Shown one piece after another: positions 15,301 to 23,733 of a stretch of DNA of 64,000 nucleotides; within the stretch, counting starts at the first letter, position 1; every line of letters starts with the position of its first letter. The notes beneath the pieces are model-generated. The model searched no databases, was not told where the DNA came from, and was given only the letters and a program-made list of their open reading frames with translations. Source of the stretch: a virus; IMG/VR virus record IMGVR_UViG_3300027977_000007; one strand, given 5' to 3'. The position numbers and the translations under genes are program-made.

Positions 15301-17652
15301 TTACGCTATCTTAAGAGTTGAGATGTTGTTATCTTTGGTTACAGTTATATTATTGGTCGACCAATCTTTAACAAGGTCATTATGTGTTATCAAGAAAACA
15401 ATATCATACATATCTTTTATCTTATCGAATAGCAATTTCATCTTATCAATGTTTTCAGCTGATATTCGACCCATTATTTCATCGAAGGTTATGAAGTTTG
15501 GCATGGGCAGCGTTGATAGCTTACCTAATACACTTCTTAACGCTAAGCTAGCTGCGGTTTTTTCGAAGCCACTAGCTGATTTTAATAATCTAGAAATATC
15601 ATCCTTGACAATCAAAAACTGCACGTCATTCTTATCATCTATAAATATCTCAACATCGAAATCACAAACATCCTCAAGCAATCTACTAATCTCTGAGTTA
15701 ATGATTGGTAGTACTGAACGTAGAACCAATTTACTAACACCCTTCTTACCAACCAAGTCTATATATATCTTAAATATACGCTCAATCTCTTCTTCTCGCT
15801 TAATTGTCTCAATTAACTTCTCTTTTGTTAAGATACTATCCCTATTGCTCTGTATATCATTAGATACTCGCTCAAGCTTAGTTATTAACTCATCTTTGGT
15901 GCGCTCATGTACTATGATATCCGTCTTAACCCTAGACAATATGATATCAACTCGTTTATTGTGCTCAATAGCGTCTAAATTAAGGTTATATTTATTTAGG
16001 TCGGCCTTTTTTACGGTAACTTGGTTTCGTAAGCTACCTATTTCAACCTCTAAGCGGTCTTTATCTAGTTCTAACCTATTTTTAATATCTATCCTTGACT
16101 TTATTTGGTTTAACTTTACCAATTCATCATTTAAATTAGATTGCTTTTCAATTAAACTATTCAATTCATGTTCTAGTATTGAAATTTCAGATGAATGCTT
16201 ATTGATATGTTCGGTATTATCTACATCATCAAGCTTTCTATTACATGATTGACATATACCACCAGCAATTAAACCCTTAACTACTGCCTCTAGGCGCTTG
16301 ATGTTAGAAGATTTAACAGCCATATCACTAGTGCATAGCGTTAATTCCCTACTTAAATTGTAATGTAGGTCCTCATCAAATACAATTGAAGCCATTTCAG
16401 TAATTTGAATCGCTAATTCTTCCATCTTTTTCTTTATGGAAAGTCCTTTTGTTGTTAATTCCTTAATATCTAATTCTATATTAGATGGGTTTAAGGTAGT
16501 TATTTGTACATCTACCTTTTCTTTACTATTAAATAACGAATCATTTTCCTCTTTTAATTTAATCAAATCATTCTTGGTCTCATCTAATCTATGATTCAAT
16601 GATTCCCTAAGCTCAATACCATTAGTAACTTTAGATTCATGGTCAACTATATCGTTGCTTAGTGTTATCGTATCAAATTCATTAGATTTTTTCTTCTTAG
16701 AAAATTCATTATATAATTTCCTAGCAGCAGCTTCCTTCAATTCCAGTATCTCTAACCCGATTAACCTAGTAAGTACCTTACCAGATTCGGAATTTGTTAG
16801 ACCTATTAGGTCATCTAGATTTTGTTCGTTTGCTAATACCAGCATCTCAAAATCAGCTTCGGTACCAATAGTTTTTCTTAAGTTGGTTGTTGTTTTTTTA
16901 GCATCTTCGTCATTTAGCATCTCTTCACTGCCATCTGGTAATAACTTATAATAGTTCACGTTATTAACAACGGTCCAACCACCACCCTTCTTAGCGGTAC
17001 GTCTCATCTTACGCTCTATTATGGTTTCCTCATCTTCAATTTCAATCATACCCCTAACCGTCAACTCATTCTTATTACTAAATGAATTGAAAATTTCCTC
17101 ATTTTTATCGGTCTTGGTTGTCGTACCATGTAATAGAAACTTAATAGAATCAATTGTTAGGGTAGTTTTTCCACCCATATTGCTGGGCGTTGAATTGACC
17201 ACTGTTAGGCCCCTTAGCTTGCTAAATGGTACATAATTTGACTCACCAAAAGATAAGAAATTATCTATCATAAGCCATTTTATTGACCAATGATTATGTC
17301 TAGTTTGTGAAAGGTCAATATTTAATTCACCGTTAACCTTATCATCTAATGCTATGATTCGATTAAAATCAACAGTCTTATTATCCCTAAGTAATACCTC
17401 TTTCATCAACGCACGTTGATACGTGGTATCCATTATATTCTCAATGTTGGCACCAGTTATTGATATCTCCTCACCCTTATCAGTAAACTTGACTGGGTGA
17501 TAATTAACACTAATGTTATTCTTATTTACACCATATTTGTTTGCAAAATATGTCCTAATCTTATTCTTAGCATCCTTTGAATAGTTTTCTGGTCTATCAC
17601 TCCAATCTACCTTAATCTTTCCAGTGCTGCTTATTGTACTCCAGTTATTCAT
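15301..17652 (-). CDS. sbcC: SbcC/Rad50/gp46-like recombination ATPase
   Basis: IDNFLSFG, Walker A NMGGKTT, coiled coils with CQSC zinc hook, signature ASGFEK, Walker B FITFDE, LITH. Confidence 0.92.
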   Translation of the reverse strand: MNNWSTISSTGKIKVDWSDRPENYSKDAKNKIRTYFANKYGVNKNNISVNYHPVKFTDKGEEISITGANIENIMDTTYQRALMKEVLLRDNKTVDFNRIIALDDKVNGELNIDLSQTRHNHWSIKWLMIDNFLSFGESNYVPFSKLRGLTVVNSTPSNMGGKTTLTIDSIKFLLHGTTTKTDKNEEIFNSFSNKNELTVRGMIEIEDEETIIERKMRRTAKKGGGWTVVNNVNYYKLLPDGSEEMLNDEDAKKTTTNLRKTIGTEADFEMLVLANEQNLDDLIGLTNSESGKVLTRLIGLEILELKEAAARKLYNEFSKKKKSNEFDTITLSNDIVDHESKVTNGIELRESLNHRLDETKNDLIKLKEENDSLFNSKEKVDVQITTLNPSNIELDIKELTTKGLSIKKKMEELAIQITEMASIVFDEDLHYNLSRELTLCTSDMAVKSSNIKRLEAVVKGLIAGGICQSCNRKLDDVDNTEHINKHSSEISILEHELNSLIEKQSNLNDELVKLNQIKSRIDIKNRLELDKDRLEVEIGSLRNQVTVKKADLNKYNLNLDAIEHNKRVDIILSRVKTDIIVHERTKDELITKLERVSNDIQSNRDSILTKEKLIETIKREEEIERIFKIYIDLVGKKGVSKLVLRSVLPIINSEISRLLEDVCDFDVEIFIDDKNDVQFLIVKDDISRLLKSASGFEKTAASLALRSVLGKLSTLPMPNFITFDEIMGRISAENIDKMKLLFDKIKDMYDIVFLITHNDLVKDWSTNNITVTKDNNISTLKIA

Positions 17653-17654
17653 AA

Positions 17655-18005
17655 TTAACCCTCTCCGTATATATCTTTTTTATTTTTTATTTTTTCTTCA
17701 GCCAATTCTTTCGTTAATCTAGCTACCTCAGATTCCAATGATATATTTAAATCATTGACCTTATTTAAATCATTAGTTAACTTTTTCATTGAGGCATCGT
17801 CCGTAATGAAGACCTCTTTTTCAACTGGCACCTCAACGATTTTCTCAACAATCTTTTCTACCACATTAGAATTTGGGGTAGCACCAAATTTTTCTATGGT
17901 AAAGCCTTGCTTCACTAATCTTAACATGAAATCATTAACGTTTAAGATATCATTGCTACGGCAATATTCCCAAATCTCATCCTTTAATTCCTTTGGTATT
18001 TCCAT
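17655..18005 (-). CDS. hypothetical protein with VEKIVE repeats
   Basis: VVEKIVEKIVEVPVEKEV; lies between the sbcD and sbcC homologs. Confidence 0.7.
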   Translation of the reverse strand: MEIPKELKDEIWEYCRSNDILNVNDFMLRLVKQGFTIEKFGATPNSNVVEKIVEKIVEVPVEKEVFITDDASMKKLTNDLNKVNDLNISLESEVARLTKELAEEKIKNKKDIYGEG

Positions 18006-18006
18006 A

Positions 18007-18822
18007 TTATAAATTCACCAATTTTTCTGAGTTAGTCTCTAAATCATCTAAAGACTTTATTTTAAAGTGGTAAAATGGATACTGATTTTCAACATCATAA
18101 GCCGTTGGCTGCTTGGTCTCAACATCCCATAATAAAAAACCATGTCCACTTACATTCTCCCCAAAATTCTGTTGCAACAACGAGGATGGGTATGCAATTA
18201 TAACACCATTATGGTTAAAAATTTGGCGCATATGTATGTCTCCAAGCATTACTAGGTCACAACCATCGAATACATCCAATTCAACACCATGGTCTATCTC
18301 ATAACCTATATCAGTCTTAGCGTTCATTATTGGAGCATGGAATAAACCAACATATGTCTTATCTGGGCCAAATTGTAATCTTGCGGCCTCAATATTAGGT
18401 CGTTTATTTTCTTCAAAGATTGAGTACGTGCACCAGACTATATTATCATCTAGATAGCACTTGGATTCCTTAAAGTAATTGATATCCTTGTCTGGTAAAA
18501 ACTGTACCATAGGTGTTATGCTATCCATACGGTCCTTATTATTTTCTAATAAGTCATGGTTACCAGCAATTATTATTAGTGGTGCTATCTTCTCTAATTC
18601 TCGTAATAACCAAGTGCCAAGTATTAATTGTTCGTTAGAAATAACAATTTTCTGATGTACTAAGTCACCAGCTATTACGATTCTAACTTCATCTCGATTG
18701 TAGTCCTTAACCAAGTCTTTGATATCATTAATCAACTTGGTGAAGACCTCTTTATACTCATCATGTAACCTATATGTTCTAATGTGTATGTCTGCTGTAT
18801 GAATAATTTTACGTATTGCCAT
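18007..18822 (-). CDS. sbcD: SbcD/Mre11/gp47-like metallophosphoesterase nuclease
   Basis: HTADIH, AGDLVH, AGNHD, FH, LGDIH, YPSSLLQQNFGE. Confidence 0.92.
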   Translation of the reverse strand: MAIRKIIHTADIHIRTYRLHDEYKEVFTKLINDIKDLVKDYNRDEVRIVIAGDLVHQKIVISNEQLILGTWLLRELEKIAPLIIIAGNHDLLENNKDRMDSITPMVQFLPDKDINYFKESKCYLDDNIVWCTYSIFEENKRPNIEAARLQFGPDKTYVGLFHAPIMNAKTDIGYEIDHGVELDVFDGCDLVMLGDIHMRQIFNHNGVIIAYPSSLLQQNFGENVSGHGFLLWDVETKQPTAYDVENQYPFYHFKIKSLDDLETNSEKLVNL

Positions 18823-18832
18823 TTATTTTTTT

Positions 18833-19615
18833 TTATATTCCTTTCATTATATTATAATGATGCATCTCAATTAATTGCTTAGCTTCTTTTTTCATATACA
18901 TTATTTGTATTTTTTGAAATGTCTCCTTCTCTTTATCCCAATACAATACATAGATTTGACGGCATTTTCGCTTAGGGTATTCCAATTCATACATATACGC
19001 ATATACGCTTAATTGTAACGTATATATGGACCATTGACAGGCTTGCATATGCTCGAAAGGCTTATGAAGTGTTTCGAAGCCATATGGATTAAAGTAATTA
19101 AATACACGATTAGTTTTATAATCACCCACGTCAAAAAATACATTATCAATATCTATTATCAAATCAGATGTACCAGCTAGCTCATATTGCTCTGAAAATA
19201 ATATTCTTTCGGGCCAAACAGCAATACCTTCATCAATATTTAATGCGTTATAGCCATCGATTACCTTTTGTTCAAAAAGTCCTTCTTCATTATCTGGTGG
19301 ATAATACCATTTTTCAGCTAATAGATACTTTTCAATCAAGTCATGGACCTTCGTACCATATACGTTGGCCTCATCATTAAGCAGTTGCCAATAATCTAAA
19401 ATTTGTTGTTGTGATAAACCAATATAACGCTCTTGCTTTGTCGAATCTGATTGTTTAGTGATAGCCAAAGCAACACCTTCCGCATCAAAATGTGGCTCAA
19501 TTGACGATAACGTGGTGGTTACTGATTTATAAATCTTACCTGTTACCCTGTGATGATATTTATGTTCTATCGGCTCTAAAAATATTACAGATTGAAACTT
19601 TTTTATCTTTCCCAT
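18833..19615 (-). CDS. PD-(D/E)XK (RecB/Cas4-like) exonuclease
   Basis: SVTT, GTKVH, AGTSDL, GDYKT, YTLQLSVYA. Confidence 0.85.
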   Translation of the reverse strand: MGKIKKFQSVIFLEPIEHKYHHRVTGKIYKSVTTTLSSIEPHFDAEGVALAITKQSDSTKQERYIGLSQQQILDYWQLLNDEANVYGTKVHDLIEKYLLAEKWYYPPDNEEGLFEQKVIDGYNALNIDEGIAVWPERILFSEQYELAGTSDLIIDIDNVFFDVGDYKTNRVFNYFNPYGFETLHKPFEHMQACQWSIYTLQLSVYAYMYELEYPKRKCRQIYVLYWDKEKETFQKIQIMYMKKEAKQLIEMHHYNIMKGI

Positions 19616-19627
19616 TAGTTTTTAACA

Positions 19628-19658
19628 CAAAAATACTAATTTTTTCCTTATTAAACAA
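19628..19658 (-). promoter_or_regulatory. Bacteroidetes-type -33/-7 promoter (TTG-N20-TATTTTTG)
   Basis: Upstream of the nuclease-sbcD-sbcC operon. Confidence 0.7.
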
Positions 19659-19678
19659 GTATTTATAGTAAAATAATC

Positions 19679-19738
19679 ATGAAAGACCGTATTAAGAATT
19701 TACTAAGAGAAGAAAAACTTAAAGCATTTATGGTTTAG
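19679..19738 (+). other. 19-aa micro-ORF or gene relic (MKDRIKNLLREEKLKAFMV) behind a + strand TATTTATA motif
   Basis: TATTTATA at 19660-19667, A-rich leader, ATG at 19679, TAG overlapping the primase stop. Confidence 0.4.
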
Positions 19739-20691
19739 CTTAATTCTTGTTCTGATAAATGTCTAGCACTCCTTAATAGCTTAATAATACCTTTTCTACC
19801 TAACTTTTCATGTACCTTAGATGGGTCATAACCATTAGGTGGTCTAATAATCTTTATTCTACCGAGTAAATCACCAAAATTTAGTTCTCTATATAGGTTT
19901 ACAGCATCTGCATAGGCATCATCATCTAATAATATAACAATATACCCCCTTGCCTTATCGTGTAGTAACTCTAATAAATTTGATGGGAGATATTTGCCTA
20001 GTAATGGTATGGAATTAGGTACAACTATGTGGTCTGTGGCACCTTCGACTAGGTATATTGTGGCATCAAAATTTATCTTACCCTCATTAAATATTATTTC
20101 TTGTTTTTCTGCTTCTGGATTTAGATACTTTAACATGGTTTTTTCTTTACTAAACCATCTAGCTATGAAATAATTTAGCTTACCAGTATAATCATATGAG
20201 GGTATTATTATCCTATTAAAAAATTTACCTTTATAAGTATAACCTATCTTAAATTCTTTGATTATATCATCGGTTATACCTCTTTTTCTAAGATACTGTA
20301 ATGCATCGTTAGCTTTAAAGTCCTTGCTAGTACATTCACTTAACTCCTTGTAGCCTTCAGGTAATGTAACGACTACTTCATCAACTCTTTTAACGCCTAA
20401 TTCGGTTTCTGGTTTAACCAGCAAATAATCACGTAAATTCTTGGGTGTTGCGTATTTCTTTAGTAGCTTGATTATTGGGCCGTACATATTATTGGTATCC
20501 TGACAAGACCAACACTTAAAAACACCATTATTGTAATTAATTTCTAAGTTTCCTTTTCCGTCACCTTCGGGCATACCTTTATCGGCAGAACAGGCTGGAC
20601 AATCGAACGATATTTGACCTGTGTCTTCATTTAGTTTTCTGTGGTCTCCAAGAAAACTTTCTAATACATCAACGACTAGTAAATGTGACAT
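19735..20691 (-). CDS. DNA primase (zinc finger + TOPRIM)
   Basis: CPAC...CWSC zinc finger, YLRKRGI, RIIIP, KYLNP, VEGATD, LDDDA. Confidence 0.9.
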   Translation of the reverse strand: MSHLLVVDVLESFLGDHRKLNEDTGQISFDCPACSADKGMPEGDGKGNLEINYNNGVFKCWSCQDTNNMYGPIIKLLKKYATPKNLRDYLLVKPETELGVKRVDEVVVTLPEGYKELSECTSKDFKANDALQYLRKRGITDDIIKEFKIGYTYKGKFFNRIIIPSYDYTGKLNYFIARWFSKEKTMLKYLNPEAEKQEIIFNEGKINFDATIYLVEGATDHIVVPNSIPLLGKYLPSNLLELLHDKARGYIVILLDDDAYADAVNLYRELNFGDLLGRIKIIRPPNGYDPSKVHEKLGRKGIIKLLRSARHLSEQELS

Positions 20692-20695
20692 TACA

Positions 20696-20726
20696 CAAAG
20701 GTACGTATAATATCTGAGAATAACAA
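20696..20726 (-). promoter_or_regulatory. Bacteroidetes-type -33/-7 promoter, 4 nt from the primase ATG
   Basis: TTG-N20-TACCTTTG-tgta-ATG on minus strand. Confidence 0.75.
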
Positions 20727-20730
20727 CTAA

Positions 20731-20787
20731 TTATATCCAAATATTGTGTTTCTTCATATATCCAATACCAGCAACGTAGGCATCTGA
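20731..20787 (-). pseudogene. orphaned duplicate 3' end of the RuvC-like gene (SDAYVAGIGYMKKHNIWI*)
   Basis: Aligns with the RuvC-like C-terminus SDAYICGVGYMNMIGAWPR* (21821-21880); shared DNA blocks tcatatatccaa and gtaggcatc. Confidence 0.8.
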
Positions 20788-20789
20788 AA

Positions 20790-21749
20790 TTAAATTATTC
20801 TTTCCCATTTAAACCCGTTATAACTTTTTATAATACCGTCTGAACATTGTTTAATGTATTTACTGCTAAATTTAGTTGTTTTGATTAATTCAGTTAATGA
20901 GTCCCATGTTTTTATTAAAACCCCGTTTAACGTATATTGTTTAACAATTATCGATGGTCTAAGATGTTTTTCTATGAATAATTCTTCGTTTTTGAATTTC
21001 CAAATAAAAGAAGCTCCAGTTTTTTTATGACCACCACAAGCTTCCCTTATTATATTAATATTTATACCAGTTTTTTCGCTAGCATCTTTTGTTGATGAAA
21101 ATATATTTAATAATTCACCACTCAAATTATATTGTCTAACTTCTGTTAATCTCTTTCTATCAAATAATTTTTTAATTTTATCTTTATTTATTTCAGATAA
21201 TTCAAATGACCAAATAAAGTTATTTGATTGCGATTGTTTGTTTAAACAACAAGCTGATATATTTTCAGCTTTAAAACCTAAACACCTCTCAATTTCGGCA
21301 GCTGATTTCCATTCCATAACAAATTTACCTTGTAAATCATATTGATATACTTTTTTACCAGCAAAATTACCTTCTAGATTAATTCTTCTAATATTATTTT
21401 TAAATTCATCACTTCGTTTACCAGAATTATTATATTTAGCTATTTTATCTATATTATAACCTATTCCTTTTTCATATGACTTTTTTAGGTCTAAATAATA
21501 TTGCTCTCGTTGGTACAGGATAGTTTTTAACTCCTCATTAGTTTTATCGTTAGAATCAATTTCTTCTAATATCTCAAATTTAAAATTTTCTAAACCATAC
21601 TTTTTAATTGCATTACCCAATAATAAACTACCTTTACCAATTCTATGACTACCCCAACGTTTAATAATGTTTTGTGAATGCCCAATATAAATTTTACCAT
21701 CAATATTATTACTTATTTGGTAAACCCCAATTATTTTTTGTTTTTTCAT
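20790..21749 (-). CDS. GIY-YIG homing endonuclease with three NUMOD1-like repeats
   Basis: GVYQISN...IYIGHS...KRW..H, REQYY, GYN; repeats of VxQYxLxG...W/FxS...C...FxW. Confidence 0.9.
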   Translation of the reverse strand: MKKQKIIGVYQISNNIDGKIYIGHSQNIIKRWGSHRIGKGSLLLGNAIKKYGLENFKFEILEEIDSNDKTNEELKTILYQREQYYLDLKKSYEKGIGYNIDKIAKYNNSGKRSDEFKNNIRRINLEGNFAGKKVYQYDLQGKFVMEWKSAAEIERCLGFKAENISACCLNKQSQSNNFIWSFELSEINKDKIKKLFDRKRLTEVRQYNLSGELLNIFSSTKDASEKTGININIIREACGGHKKTGASFIWKFKNEELFIEKHLRPSIIVKQYTLNGVLIKTWDSLTELIKTTKFSSKYIKQCSDGIIKSYNGFKWERII

Positions 21750-21820
21750 AATATTTATTTAATTATAAATATATGTAACTTCCAGAAAAGACTGATAAAT
21801 TGCTATGTATGGGTAAAAAT

Positions 21821-22468
21821 TTATCTAGGCCAAGCACCAATCATATTCATATATCCAACGCCACATATGTAGGCATCGCTACAGTCAAATGATTCTTTTT
21901 TAAGTTTATTTTTCTTATCAAAGAACCAAGATGCTTGTGGTTCTAGCTCAGCCACTTTCTCCCATAGTATGTATTTTTTATCCACATCAAATGGATAGCC
22001 ACCGAATAATACTGGTGTGTTTTTAAGAATTTGTTTTTCTAGTAACGGGGTACCATCTTTCTTAAATTTACGTATTTCCATTAATTCTGGAAAGGCATAT
22101 TTTCTAGCATCATAAGATGATATAAAGTCTGGTACAACACCTAATGAATCATAAATAGCTTTTGATATGATACCATTAAAGCGTAATAATGTTGCTATTG
22201 TATAGACGTTATTTGATTGTAACAATGGTTCTTCAATTACTACCCTAGTTACCCCAAAATTCTTCATTTTAATTAAAAACTCACTTTCAAAGATTTCAAC
22301 CTTTTTAAATAGTTCTTCCATCTTGGTTTCTGGTAATGGCTTTACCTTAGGACTAACATATTGTAAAACCTTAAGCTCACCGCTAGTACCTAAATTCTCA
22401 AATAATGCTATACCAATGGTTGAAGTTGATACATCTAGGCTTAAGAGAAACTCTTTATTTTTTTCCAT
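21821..22468 (-). CDS. ruvC: RuvC-like Holliday junction resolvase
   Basis: LSLDVSTSTIG, VVIEEP, FDCSDA acidic catalytic motifs. Confidence 0.75.
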   Translation of the reverse strand: MEKNKEFLLSLDVSTSTIGIALFENLGTSGELKVLQYVSPKVKPLPETKMEELFKKVEIFESEFLIKMKNFGVTRVVIEEPLLQSNNVYTIATLLRFNGIISKAIYDSLGVVPDFISSYDARKYAFPELMEIRKFKKDGTPLLEKQILKNTPVLFGGYPFDVDKKYILWEKVAELEPQASWFFDKKNKLKKESFDCSDAYICGVGYMNMIGAWPR

Positions 22469-22514
22469 ACAAAGTTTTTTTACTAAAATATGAAAGTATT
22501 AATAAAGGTAAAGC

Positions 22515-23717
22515 TTAAAGTTGAATCTTGATATTAAGGGCTAAGAATTCATTAACATTTTTTACAATTTGTCTATCTGGCTTAGCCAACGCTATTAAGT
22601 TACCAAGACTATCGTATAAGCCTAATTCACTTATTCTTGGTGAATCAGAACCAGTAAATGTTGGATTTGTTGAGCCACCAAATTCACCCCTACCAGCTAA
22701 GCAAGTTATATTTTGAAACACAGATGTTGATACGCTATTAAAGCTTAGTGTTGTTGCTGTAGCCGTAGCTGCACTATATGCTTGGATTATAGTTGGGTGG
22801 GTTATTACAATGCAACCTTTATCTAAGTAAGCTATACCAACGATTGTATCAGCTGTAAAACCTAAATCAGGATTAGTTTGCATATTAAATAATGATTTGT
22901 TATTATTGGTAAATGGCTTAACCGTGTTATAACCTGTTGCCCAACTCAAAGCACCAACACCACCATTTGGTGTTTTAATACCATCAGAAAATAACATAGC
23001 AATATTCGAACCATATATATTTGTTGCCCCAGCTGTTTCACGTATGTTTGCATCCTCAACGCTTGTTGACGTTGAGCTATTTTGGAAGGTACTATAAATA
23101 TTATATGTACCAGCTGTTGTTGGTAAGTCTAATTTTATTGTTTTCCCATCAATACACTCACCATACGTAGTATCATTTATTGCTAATACCAATATATTAG
23201 TCTGAGCTAAGCCGCTTAAGGCCGTATCAGAATAACCACCATTGGCATTTGTAACACCAGTATACAATGTATCCTCATCTGACGATAATGAAAGGCCAAA
23301 AGAATAAAATAAATTAACTAAGCTATCAGTGTTGTAATTGTTTCTATTAACCAATACTCGTGTTAGATTGCTACCACTTACCGTTACTAGGCCATTTATT
23401 TCTTGTTCAATTGTTACGTTAATTGATTGAGTCTCAACTGATTTTACTAGCGAACCACTAGAATTAACAATTAATGGATTTCTAATCGATACTACTTGTG
23501 GTGTACTATTACTAACAGTAGCATTGGTACCAATATTACCAGCAATTGCTGGTATTTGACCAGTTGTTAAGGGTAATACTGAATTATAATTAGCATCAGA
23601 ATCACCTAACGAAAAAGTCGTTATCAATCCGTTATTTGTTGATACTAATCGTTGTCGACCAATTGGTGTTAATCTGGCTAATAATGTTGTTGTTGTTGCT
23701 GATGATATAAATCCCAT
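22515..23717 (-). CDS. virion structural protein (baseplate/tail)
   Basis: ARLTPIGR...FSLGDSD N-terminus; C-terminal ISELGLYDSLGNLIALAK; paralog of the next gene. Confidence 0.7.
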   Translation of the reverse strand: MGFISSATTTTLLARLTPIGRQRLVSTNNGLITTFSLGDSDANYNSVLPLTTGQIPAIAGNIGTNATVSNSTPQVVSIRNPLIVNSSGSLVKSVETQSINVTIEQEINGLVTVSGSNLTRVLVNRNNYNTDSLVNLFYSFGLSLSSDEDTLYTGVTNANGGYSDTALSGLAQTNILVLAINDTTYGECIDGKTIKLDLPTTAGTYNIYSTFQNSSTSTSVEDANIRETAGATNIYGSNIAMLFSDGIKTPNGGVGALSWATGYNTVKPFTNNNKSLFNMQTNPDLGFTADTIVGIAYLDKGCIVITHPTIIQAYSAATATATTLSFNSVSTSVFQNITCLAGRGEFGGSTNPTFTGSDSPRISELGLYDSLGNLIALAKPDRQIVKNVNEFLALNIKIQL

Positions 23718-23733
23718 TGTTTTTTGTTTTTAT

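Noticed and set aside
18833-19615. Cas4-like nuclease as evidence of a CRISPR-Cas system
   Set aside because: No cas1/cas2/effector genes or array are present; stand-alone PD-(D/E)XK nucleases are routine in phage recombination modules.
20731-21880. Group I intron interrupting the RuvC-like gene
   Set aside because: The upstream gene already has a complete C-terminus, and only ~70 nt and 2 nt of non-coding DNA flank the endonuclease, too little for a ribozyme core. A 3'-end duplication explains it better.
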